64,000 bases of DNA. Origin: Takakia lepidozioides (Eukaryota > Plantae > Bryophyta). Position 1 is the stretch's first letter, and every line of letters starts with the position of its first letter. Positions 12,452-24,137 of the stretch are shown piece after piece. The position numbers were made by a program, and so were the translations under genes. The stretch lies in the NCBI GenBank assembly GCA_030704615.1, contig CM060733.1, positions 22,196,001-22,260,000 of the forward strand. Direction: 5' to 3'. A model generated the notes under the pieces. That model had not been told where the DNA came from, ran no database searches, and was given only the letters and a program-made list of their open reading frames with translations.

Positions 12452-13291
12452 ATGCTGGGCACTTGGAACACGTCAGGATCGGATGTCGAGGTAAAAGCTG
12501 CTAGACTGGGTGGATCCTTGCAGCTTTCTTTGCAAGCATATGCAACATTCAGTGGCCTAGTTACTCCTGCACGAGCAAAGGTCGTTGAGCAGTTCCAACA
12601 TAAGTTTGCGACAAGTCTTCAGAGGATTTTGACAGAGACAATGTGTGTGTGTCTGAAAATACTTGATCTACACTATATGGCACCCAAAGAGTGCGGGTCT
12701 GTGGTTCGACAATGTATCAATGCTCCGTTGGAGACCGTGTGGTCGGTTCTGCGCAGGTTCGATCGCCCCCAGTCCTACAAGCACTTCGTTCAAGACTGTG
12801 AGATGGAAAATGTGGAAGGTTGCGGAGGGAGTGGTGAATTCAGATCTGATCCAAGCTCGTGGCCTGTGGGAGCGACTCGGCTGCTTCGGCTAAATTCTGG
12901 GTTCCCTGGCACAACAAGCAGAGAGCGTTTAGAGGTTCTTGATGATCAAGAGCATGTGATCACCTTCAAGGTCTTGAATGGGGACTTTCGCCTCCAGAAT
13001 TTCACATCCACTACATCATTGCACCGACACATTGGAAGTCCCGATTCTCCAGAGCAGACAATAGTTGTGGAGTCATTCAAGTCGGATATTCCTGAGGGAA
13101 ACACACAAGAGGACACAATTATTTTCGTTGAGATTCTACTCAAGACACAGCTGCACTCGTTGGCAGATATTGCAGAGCGGATGGCTCTGCAGAACGAAGG
13201 ATCCATGTGTATTGGGCAACCGTCATCAAAGCACGATCAAAATCTAAATTTCTTTGGGGAAGTGGCTGCATTTCTCTCTGAAGAACTGTGA
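12452..13291 (+). CDS. PYL: PYR/PYL/RCAR (ABA receptor)-like START-domain protein, divergent
   Basis: 'CGSVVRQCINAPLETVWSVLRRFDRPQSYKHFVQDC..VGATR..NSGFPGTTSRERLEVLDDQEHV..NGDFRLQNFTSTTSLH..TIVVESFKSDIPEGNTQEDTIIFVE..LHSLADIAERMA' is the PYL family pattern. The true start is uncertain (see findings). Confidence 0.88.
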   Translation: MLGTWNTSGSDVEVKAARLGGSLQLSLQAYATFSGLVTPARAKVVEQFQHKFATSLQRILTETMCVCLKILDLHYMAPKECGSVVRQCINAPLETVWSVLRRFDRPQSYKHFVQDCEMENVEGCGGSGEFRSDPSSWPVGATRLLRLNSGFPGTTSRERLEVLDDQEHVITFKVLNGDFRLQNFTSTTSLHRHIGSPDSPEQTIVVESFKSDIPEGNTQEDTIIFVEILLKTQLHSLADIAERMALQNEGSMCIGQPSSKHDQNLNFFGEVAAFLSEEL

Positions 13292-16200
13292 CTGGCAGGT
13301 GCAATGACCCCCAATATGACCTCTTTGTGGGATGGGGGCAAGAGCAGGATTGTCGCCTAGCATGCGGCCTACATTAGCCTTACGTCGACACTGAATTCAC
13401 CCCAACCGAATTGAAGGGGCTGTGCACAGGTGCTATGTCGTTTATGGGCTCAGTTACCACTGTCTCCATGGGAGTTGATGCCATGGCCAACATTCGCAGA
13501 AACGGCCTATGAGTAACCACGATAATCCTACAAAGCAAGCTACTTCAAAAGATTATGCCGATCATCACCACTCGAAAAGCGCTCTTGCCGTTCATTATCT
13601 GAGATAGCACTGCAATATAGTTTTCTACAGAGAGAGCAACCCGGCTGGTAGTTATGCCATGGATACTGAACCGAGTGAGCTACAAACTCAAGTACACTCA
13701 GGGTTCCCATGTACGAGGTAGAATCCATCTCTGATGTAGACTACTGCTTCCATTTCGAGCTCCATTGATTGCGGACGGTCTTTCGTAATGACAGGCAGCG
13801 TTGTGCAACCAATATTGTCATGAAATTGTCGGCCAGCCTCGGAGTAACCCGTATGGTCACAGATTATCAGGTTCTTTGTTTTGGTCTTACTGTATAGCTG
13901 TATACATGTAGCAAATAACCACTTTGCATTTCTACAACAGTGATCCTAATGAGATGATCACCTGTCCTTACAGACAATAAAGTTTGAAGTTTGTGTAGTT
14001 AAGTAAACGTCCAGCTGCTTATGAAAGGACTTCTGAGGCTCTTTCTTCTCTAGTCTATTGTATGGAATACCTCACACAGACTCGCGTTGTTCAAAGTCAC
14101 AATTCATCTCAAAGAGTATCAGGTGAGCAATTGTAGTAATGGATGCCAACCACCTTCACCATTTCCAAGAAGGGATTTGCTCTTGTGGGGATTACTGGTG
14201 GAGCGAGCATGCATGGAAAAAGTGTCCAAGTCGTGTCAATATGTGAGGCTGTTAATTTAGGCAAAGGTTTACTGGAATTATCTGGCACTTAGGAGGCATT
14301 TCGGTAGAGAGGGCACCAAGATGACTCGCCTAGCGATGACTTGCTAGCGTAGGGAGAACAGGTACTTCCGTGGTCAAACCAAGCATCTTTCCATACGACA
14401 CATCAACACGGTGCCTGCGTGACAAACTTTGTTGGCCTCTGCCAGTAAACGTATGCATCAACTTGGCCAAATGGTCAAATGTCCCAATTGTGTGGGATGT
14501 GTGATATGCAGTACTGGCCAGTGGGTTCCATGAAATTACCTCTTTGGAGGTAAGTATAAACCTAGAGAGAGAGATGACGCCGGCCGAAGCAGCGCAGTGT
14601 AAACCTTTTAGTGCAATAATAAATCAGTCGAGGCTTACTGTGTTGTTTCCGCCCTCCAACTCTCGCTTGGGGCTCGATATTCATCGAGGCATGACTTGAT
14701 GGCGCCCTCTCGACTGCGGTGGGCCTGTTCAGGCACTGCTGCACTTTGATGGTATTTCATTGGTTCGTGTGTATGTGAGTTTTCTTGCCACCTGGTGTTG
14801 ATTGCTTGCTAGTCTACCGGTTTTTGCTTTCGCACTTAGGTGGTTCCTCTCTCTCTAGGATGGAAATAATTGCTTGGTGGTTGTGGCAGTCCCTGGGTGT
14901 GATATTGCAGCTTCGTTTTGGCGGCTGTTTGGGTGGCTCCTTGGACTCTGGTATGGAGGACTCCACATTCTCATTTCGATTTTCCCGCAGTAGGTCTTCA
15001 GTTTTCATTGCATTAATGTGGGTCATCTTCCCCTTGTAAAGTAAATTAGCTGAAGTCCTTGCAGATCTCTGTTTGTTGGATCAGAGAACAAGCTATTACG
15101 TTTTTAGGTTAGTGTCTTTGTTTACAGTAACGTTGAAGTTAAAAGCGTCTGTCTGTCTGTTACTCGGGGTTGAAGCACATCGTGAATCTTGTTGAGCAGA
15201 AATGGCTGTCGGTATTTGCCATGGGATTGATTGCGGCCATTTTGGGTTTTTGCATGTGCCATCTACTTGCCCCCTATTGAAGGGTCACGCATGTGGACTG
15301 TGCATGTCTTCCCTGCCAACCTCACAGCTTTGTTCGTCTCTCTCATCGATTTCTCTTCTCTGTCCAAAGCCAGATGTGGAGTCTCAGGCACAATTCTAGA
15401 CTAGAGGGCTAGAACTCAAGCTTTCTAGTATGATGTCAATGGAGTGGACAAACTAACACTGGTGCATATGAGATGTCTTGGCTCTGCATGTGGGTATGGC
15501 AGTTTCAAGCTTAGAGTCTGGTGGGGTGGCATTTTTTTTTACTGGCAATCTGATTGATTCCCACCCACATGCGTTGAAATTTAGGCCTCACTGGTAAGTC
15601 CTACAAGGTTTATTTGACTTTGCATAGTGTTCCCTGGACTATGGTCAGAGTACTCCAGCTTCCAGAGGACTTTATTCCAGGATCGTTGTCTCACGATTCT
15701 ATGCAGTGTTACCTTCCAACATTGGGCGAGGTCCTGTTGCCACACTGTACAGAGTCCTGGATGGAAATCCGTATTTATTGATCCTGAAGGTTATGTCACA
15801 TGATACCCTGACTATCTGTGGCTGCAACAGAATTAGGAATACTTGTATCTTTGGCTGTGTTTGGTATTAGGTTCTAGAGTAAGATTTGCCATCCAAGGGG
15901 CCATGGAGAAAGGAGGGAGAAAGGAGGGAGAAGATAGCATTTGACCAGAGAGGAGAAATGGGTGTAGTAGCAAGGAGGGGGATACGGGAGAACGTACTTT
16001 TGGATCTTAATTTTCCTGCCAGTACCCACAGAAGAGGGGACGGAAATTTCTCATAGATTTTGCTTAGTGTCTTCTTGTGGCCATGGGACCTGCTACTGGG
16101 TTAGATGGAGCTGGAAGAGGGGGAGAGGATGGGAGCAGAATGTGCTCATTACAATCACAGGAAACTTTCTCAGAAGTTGGAAGTGACCTGAAGGTGATTC

Positions 16201-19200
16201 TGGCCTCCCAGTTTTCTGAAGTCACCTGTTATTTGGCTTCAATTTGAGGTGGGTACTCACCATAGAATTCAGACACAAAGGGGGATACAGCTCTCAACAC
16301 AGATCCAACTGGGTGGAAGGAGGTGCCATGTTCACTTTCCTCACGTGTTTTACTCGCAGCTTGGTTCTCACAGTAATTGATACAGGAAACTCTTATTTAT
16401 GCAATTGTATCAATGGTGGTTTAGATTGAAGTCTTCATGAATAGTATCATCAGTAAGTCATGACCTACTCACGGACTTTGACATATTCAATTACATGTTC
16501 ATTGAGGTGTGTGTGAGACTGTTGTATAAACTCCTTCAACTTTGGAGACCCAGCCTTGTGGTATAGAAGTGGGGCCTAGTTTGGATTGAGCAGGAAAGCT
16601 TGGGAGAGGGGGAAGCGGAACAGAAAGAGAGGAAATCGACCACACTATTGCTGAAGTCTCACTCCAGTACTGTGACCTACTTTGGCAGTGTTTTTGGATG
16701 CTCTGCATTCAAGGACCACAAGAGTCATGTCTGCTGCTGTTCTGGTATGGCTGTTTCGTTTGGTTACCAAAGCTCTCAATGTGGTTGCTTAGACAAATGC
16801 TGAAGAATGGACCAAATTTACACTTGATAATTTAACTCTACAGGGTTTCAATCTTTTCTAAAGATGATAGCAATGAGATGCTCTTTGATGTAGAGAGCAT
16901 TTTCAATAGATATGGACTACAGAAGCAAGTGAGCATGATGTACTTATGTTGCTGTCCAAGCACTGTGCGCTGCACCTGGATGTCAATACTTCTGGTTTGT
17001 TTCCCTAACTGAAATGGGGGTCCAATGGTAATGTAAACAATTAATTTTTAGCTGCTTGGGTGTTTGCTGAATTTTGTTGTGTTGACAAAAGTAATAAGCA
17101 CCTCCTATCAAATATATGCTTTTCTCTGCTGGGATGCATGTTGCTTTCTCCTGGTGAGGGATAGCATGAAGGCAAAAGTTGACCACCCCTTTATCAACCT
17201 GGGATTTATTCTTTAATCAAGCTCTACTGGGATGGCCACTAGTTTCCTCTTGGCTTCCCTTTGTCTCTGCATTTCTCTCTCGGTCTGTCTTTCTCCATCC
17301 AAACAAGTTCTCGAGCCTAAATCCGAAATGTTTAGTCTAAACTGCACACATAGGCGTAGGCCACAAGCTTGGTGAGTCCCTCTCTCTCTCACACACACAC
17401 CTTGTCCATTCGCCAGTTTATGAGACATCAAAACAAGAGGCGTTGAAGTTGCATTCATTCATGGGCTTGGTGATGAGGTATAGACTTTATTCAGTTATCA
17501 TTTTTCTTTGTGACCCATTATAGAAGTCACTGATTGGGTGGCCTATCTGATTAGGATGGTGCAGCTGTTGTTATTGGCATGTGCCCAAATGGAATGATTT
17601 GAGAAACTTTTTGGTTTCCAACTATTCACTGGTAAGGGATCGCTGGGTGAACATTTTCTCCCGTCACATGAGATTTTAGTTCAACTTTGTAAGTGTTCTG
17701 AACTTGCCCCCAACAGAAGCCTGTGGAGGGTGTCTTTACAAACATGTTGGAAGAGCATAGCTAAAAGCCAGGCATAGCAACCCCACGAGTCCAAGTTATC
17801 AGACATATAATGAGGAACTCTGTGGTGTCACCTCTGCACTCTCTCTTTCTTTTTTCTTGTCCCATAAGCTCTTTGAGCTTTCTGCGTTATGAAGTACCAT
17901 TTCAGTTCTCTCTCTCTCTCTCTCTCATTATCCAAGTTAGGCATTAAACTTCCCTGAAATTATTTCCATCTGAATGGCCTACCTACCCTCGGCACTAGAC
18001 TGAGATTTAAACTCAGGGTGGGGAGTCTACCTTAGAACAGTAAAGATTGTAATTGCTCAATGCAAGGGCACCCTGAAGAAAATGTCCGTTCTCTGATACA
18101 ATGTCCAGGGTATTCTCATCAGAGAGCAACTCTCTGCAGGACTCAGGGTCACCAACTTTGAAAATCTCGAGGCTGAGCCTAAAGCCTGGCCCTGTTGGTG
18201 TCTAATTGCTGGCCAGCTCACACATAGGCTAGCTGCAGGACAACTTTGACAACTTTGGGCTAGACTCGCTCACCCTGGTGGGTTTCTAACCCCACACCTG
18301 GCTCCGGGAGGGTTACTCTGTCTTCAAGGGTACATCATAGTCGAACTTTGCAGGGAACGGCCTAAGCCACAAGCATTCTCTCTTTAGGTGCGATTGCATC
18401 CATAAGATGACACACAGGGGTTCTATCCAGCATTGGTGGTGTCACTTTGGAGCAGATTCTTTAGGGTGCTACTTTTTCGGCACGGATCCTTTTCCTTTCT
18501 AATCCACCAATAAAAATGTGGGGGGGCTGGCTACCTTGGAAGAAGTATGTTAGTTGTGAAGCTGATGCGATTATCTGCGCCAAGTCGACAATGAATTGAG
18601 CAGCCAGACCTTGCTCATATTGAGTTCTTGGCCAACACGCCATGGCTTCACCATCACAGCAAGACAAGAAATCTGTTTTCCTTCCAATCAAGCACTGTGT
18701 GAATTGCTTTTTGACAGCAATAAAAGGGAGGTGCAGGCTCATCAATACGAGCGTGGGTCGGTTTTGTCAACCCTGGTTAAATTCACCGCATACACCATCT
18801 CCATGCGATAATGACAATGATTACCGGCCCCAGGAGCGCGATTTATCGGAACCCAAATAAGAGAGTGAGTGTCAAGTGTGAACAAGGCAAGACGGAGCTC
18901 GTCAGAAGGGGAGCTTACACACCGTCAGGCTCAGGTGCTCGGCGCATGACAGTTAGAGTGGAGGAAAGACTCACGTGGGATAATGATGTACACTGTGAGA
19001 GTATGCTACCGACGCTGCGCACGCTCGTCTTGCTCGCCTATATTTGCAACCCCTGCATGTGGCCTCTGCCTTCCTTCCCTCTCTCAGAATCTGAGATATT
19101 CAGAAACTGCTCAGAAACAGGAGGGAATAGCGCAGTATAATATAGAGCAGCTAGTGCTGGCCTCTTTGCTCTTTGCTCAGTGCTCAGACAAGTGCTCAGG

Positions 19201-21698
19201 GCTTGGGCTTCTTCCATCTCCCCTTTACTGATCTGAACTGGGAATGGTACCTAATCTGGATCGTCCCTCAGGTGGGTGATTCACAGATTAAGGGACATGA
19301 CGCAAGGAAGAATATGCTCCCAGCTGGCGCCCGACCGGCTGCGCCAGGTGGGGATGACCGACAGCTGGTACGATCCGGGCAATCGAAAAAAAACCCAGGA
19401 AAATCCACCACAGCAGCGCAGTGCATGATTAGGTCTGAGCTAAGCAGCCGCCCTTCTTCTCACTGGAATAAAATAGCTTCGCAGTGAGCTCACCCCTGCC
19501 TTTCTGGCGCTTTTATGTTGGGCCACCACTGTGGTGGATCGTGCACTTATTCACTGCCTTGGATGTGGCCGAGCTTACCAACATGAGTGCCCATTGCCCA
19601 ACTTGAACTTGGCAATGGGGGTGCATTCTTCTCCTGCGATGGTATATCTGTGGGGCCCGGGATCTCCTTTATTGTGAACCTCCGGTGGTTGCAAGATGAG
19701 CTCTGCCTGCAAGCACGACGGACATGCGACACGACAGAAAGAGAGAAGAGTTAGATTCAGTTTTTGGGAAGAGACAAAACTGGGGGCTCTGAGAGGAGGC
19801 GCAGTGTTTCAGGCAGCTACGTGAATTACGTCTGCGGAGGGTAGCTGATTTCACTTGATGTCAGGCATGCAGCAACTTCCAAAGCATCATATCTGTGTTG
19901 CCAAACTTGTTACATTCCAACAAGAGCTTTTGTCTGGTGGGACGAGAGTTCAAACCTTGTTGTGGATCGACTCTGGGGCCCAAGAGTCCATAATCATCAT
20001 CATCATTGGAGGCTTGGTGATATCATAGCAAACCCATCCCCTCGTCTGGTTAGCGTCAGAGGCTCTGGCTCGCTGGGGTATGTGGCTCCAATCCGTGAGA
20101 CTGGATTTGGTCAGACGCAGTGAAGCCTAGTTGTTGCAGCCCACATTCCAAGCCTGGAGATCAGACATGATAGCTGGGATGGTGCAGCACTGCAGAGGTC
20201 TCGTTGCAGGCCCACCTGGGAATCAAAAGACTGGGCCTTGATGCCCTCAAGACTGCGGCATCTGGACACCGACAGGCTACAGCGTGTGGCTGTCAGCCAT
20301 TCCTTGCAATCCCTCGCCGTGCCTGTTTTGCCCCTCGTGTAGCCTGCTGCTGCTTTCCGCCCTCTAACCTTCTCGCCAAAATCCATGTCCAGCACTGCAA
20401 TGCCCCTTTTGTGGATACCGACTCCTCCTACTGGACAATTATATCCGGTCAGGTTCTCGCACTATTTCTGCTTCCCCATCTGGAATGGGCAAACGCTGAA
20501 AGCTTTTAGGTATGCCCTCTTTGTATTTCTTGCCCCTAATTAGATGTCTTGTTGGATGGAGATATTATAGGAACCACAACCAGGTCTGGGTTCAAAGCAT
20601 GCTGTGGATTCACCTTGTCAATGAAGATCCCCATCTGCAATATACATACTGAAGAGATTAGTGGAGAAAGAGAGAAACCCAGCCCTTGTAGCAAGTTTTG
20701 GGTTGGGTGAGAATTTCTGTCTCCAAGGCATATTTTCCCTCATGTTTTCTTCTTGCCTGCCCGGAGCTGGGTGACACTTATACTGCAGAAAGGGTAGGGT
20801 CCACAGCTGTATCTGGGTCAGGGGCCAGAGACGGTACACGCTGCCCGGGACCATACTCGAGGTTGCGTGGATGGAGGAGATAGCGTATTTGTCTCTCTCT
20901 CCCCACGACTGTTGACACCTGCTCAATGCCGAGTGTGAGGGCCTTGTTCATGTACTAGCTACCACTGTTGAGACTTTGTACTTTATTTGCAGAAGGAGAG
21001 TGCCAAACCCAGTTTGATCCTATTGTACCTTCCCCAAATAACACCTCCTTCACCCAATGGATGGAAAAATGATCATGGAAAAGGATGAAATTGTTATCTT
21101 CCCTTGCCGTTGAAAGCTCTCTTCTTCCGCATAGCCAAAATATGTTGTGTTGCCGATAGTCCGTCCTTTGGCTCCGAATCAAGCTAAAGGGTGCATTATC
21201 CATCCCTTTTCTTTTTGGAGTTGATCCGCACCAAAAGGCCCTACAGGCCGTTCCTTGGAGCCATTCATGGAATGGAGGGTAGGCATGAAGAGGTCTGGTC
21301 TGGAAAAAGGAAGACCATTGTAGCCATCATATAGTTTTATGTTTTTTTTTAAAAGTAGCCAGTAGATAGATCTCTCTATTGACAAAGGCGCAGGACTAGC
21401 AGCTTGGGGTAGACCACATTTGAACGTGTCTAGGGACTGCAGATACGAGGCCAGAATGATGAACCCTCATTTTTTGTGCGTTTGCATTGGCTGCCTCTTG
21501 AGACTCTGTACAATTGGTAGACGATGGTTCAAAGATTACTGAAGAAATGGTTGGTCATAAATTTAGAGAGTTTGCTTCTACACGGAAACCTGGTTAGACA
21601 AAAATTGAGGTCATGGATGACAAAATGCTTGCCCAGGTGGATGGTGGATGGGTTAGTGTGTTACCCCATCAATTTCAATGCCCCCTTATGGAAAAAAC

Positions 21699-22627
21699 TG
21701 TTGTGCAGGCTCCGGGTTTTGAAGGCGGGTACCCGGCGGGTTAGGATCCAGGTTACCCGGACCCACACCCGGGGACCGTGATATCACAAAAAACCTGGAC
21801 CAAGACCCGGGTTCATTTTAGCCGGAACCGGACCCCGACCCGCCTGCTGGGTCCAGAACCCGGTAAACCCGCTCACCACGGGCCAATGTAGCGAATCAGG
21901 GTCCGGGTCTTAATTTTAGATGGGGCATGCGGGGTCCACCTTAGATTTGGTCATATGTGTGGAGGGGACGAGCAGCAATAGGCCAGTGCAGCAGCCAGCC
22001 CCACCACGTTGTAACCCAGTGGTAATGCCCACATACCACCTCAAAATCGGTTGTGGGTTCAATCCACGGAGTGGTGTCACAAAGTTGTGCCCTATGGGAC
22101 CATAATTTACACCTCCCAAAGGAGGCGTCATATATTATTATTAAGCCAGATCCCACACATCCATGCTATAGTGATGTACCCTTGAGGCATATTACTATTC
22201 TTAACATGTTTAAAGAATTGATATTGAAAAATAGAAAATGGAACTCAAACTTCTATTTTAATTCTTATTCGTGGTATACATATTCATATTCATGGTATAT
22301 TTTGAAGGAATGTCTCTTAAAATAAAATTCATTATTAGGATTTAAAGTTTTTTCCAGCCAAAAATAATTTTATCCTTAATTAATCTTATTTTTCTAATTT
22401 ATTTAATCAATAAATTAGGACCCGGATCTGAACCCGTGAACTCGCTAATATTTCCCAACAACTACCCGGACCCTAACCGGAGTCCGTGTTGACAAACCCG
22501 GACCCGAACCCGGAACAGGATTTTCCAAAGTTCAAAAACCCAGATCCGGACCCGGACTTGGCTCCAAAAAAAAACCCGCACCCGGACCCGGGGGGTTCCT
22601 TAAAAAGGAAGAACCCACACAACACTG
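21699..22627. mobile_element. hAT-type MITE with CCCGG subterminal repeats
   Basis: Ends TGTTGTGCAGGCTCC.. / ..GAACCCACACAACACTG; approximate 8-bp TSD GAAAAAAC / GATAAAAC; dense ACCCGG/CCGGAC repeats at both ends. Confidence 0.65.
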
Positions 22628-24044
22628 GATAAAACCTCCTCTCATCCACTTCAAGTACCAAGGGTTGCATACCTGCTACATCACCCACCATGCTCTATAT
22701 TGTTTGTAGGACCTGGCCAAGCCACACTTAACATACGTCCAGGTGCAGGTCTCCCCACTATATGCGGGATCGGGATTATTTTTTAGTTCATAGTTTTGAG
22801 ATTGTGTAAACAATGCAGGCCTCATTTGTGGTTATTTTTTCCACCTCCTACACTGAATTTGGGGCTCCAACCTCTTCACAAAGAAAAAAAAAATTGCAAC
22901 TAGATTTTTGTGACTAGTTTTGTGTTGCTCCTGGACACCTTTTGGACCAGTGGTTGGGTGTGTAACAATTATGATATAGGGAAGAGATGGTCTAGTAGTA
23001 TTACCGCCTTTCATCCTAGCTATATCTTGGTCTACTGTTCACATGTAGTACGTGGACGCTTTCTAGTCCTTAGGGAGGGGATTGGGTAACTGGGTTGCTT
23101 AGATATGGCCGTTGCTTTGAGAAGAATCAAGTCTTTTATTTCATATATAGTGACTCTGTCATAAGCGATAACCTTGAGTAGATTTGTCAACGGGCATTCG
23201 ATTCTTATCTCTCTCCAGTCCGAGCAGTGAGCACAAAAGAAGTGAGCCTTACACCATCTTACAGCACATGGGCATGTCTGACTGTAGGGATTATTCAATC
23301 AAATGTCACGAATTCCTAGTACAGATTATGACAAAATTGTAACCCACTGACCAGTCCTGGACTGACAGTATTTTTATAATGTTTAACAAACCTATGCATC
23401 ATTTAATCTATGAAAGGACAGACGTGACATTTTTTTCAATGGTCATGATCACGCCTGGGGAAGCAGTAATGTTTTTTTTTTAAAGCAAATTGGAGGGTAC
23501 CGAGGCCCTGTAACTCATATTAATAAGAGGAACGAGGAAAAAATAACCTCGCCAGGGCCATGAGGCGCAACAATCGAGGGAAACTTCCCTGTGACCTCTA
23601 CACTGGAAGCAAAGAGACCGCCAAAGGTTCGCTGACAGGGCTCAGCCTGCTAAGACCCTAGCACCAAATAAAACCAGGAACATAAAATACCAACGCCTTC
23701 AAGGGCAGTCCATTCTATACTGACAAGCAACGCAGCTAAAAGGAAAGAAGAGGAGGAGGGAAACGAAATTCCCTGAGACCTCTACATTGAGAGGCAATGA
23801 GACCGCCAAAGGTTCGCTGAGACGGTGTAACAACTTGGATGCACTCTAGTTATCACCATGGTCCCAGAATCACCCATCCGTGGCACATTTTCCATGCGCA
23901 ACCATGGTTTTCATGGACTATACTCTTGTACAAGAATTGAGTTCATTGAAGACAAAAACATTGAGTTTTAGACGAATAGTTGCACTACGGTTTTTTATTC
24001 CACAAGGAGGCGAATTGGCCATATTTGTACCAAGGAATGCAACA

Positions 24045-24137
24045 ATCACCACCAAAAGAAGAAGACCCCGGCCTGAACCGGCGTAACTAAGAGCCACTCG
24101 CCTTGCGGCTACTGCCCTTTTCAAGGGTGGGCCCTAT
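24045..24137. repeat. Dispersed ~90-bp repeat (second copy 54362-54459), probable transposon terminus
   Basis: ACTAAGAG.CA.TCGCCTTGCG.CTACTGCCC.TTTTCAAGGGTGGGCCCTAT is shared by both loci. The second copy lies upstream of a hAT dimerisation relic. Confidence 0.6.
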
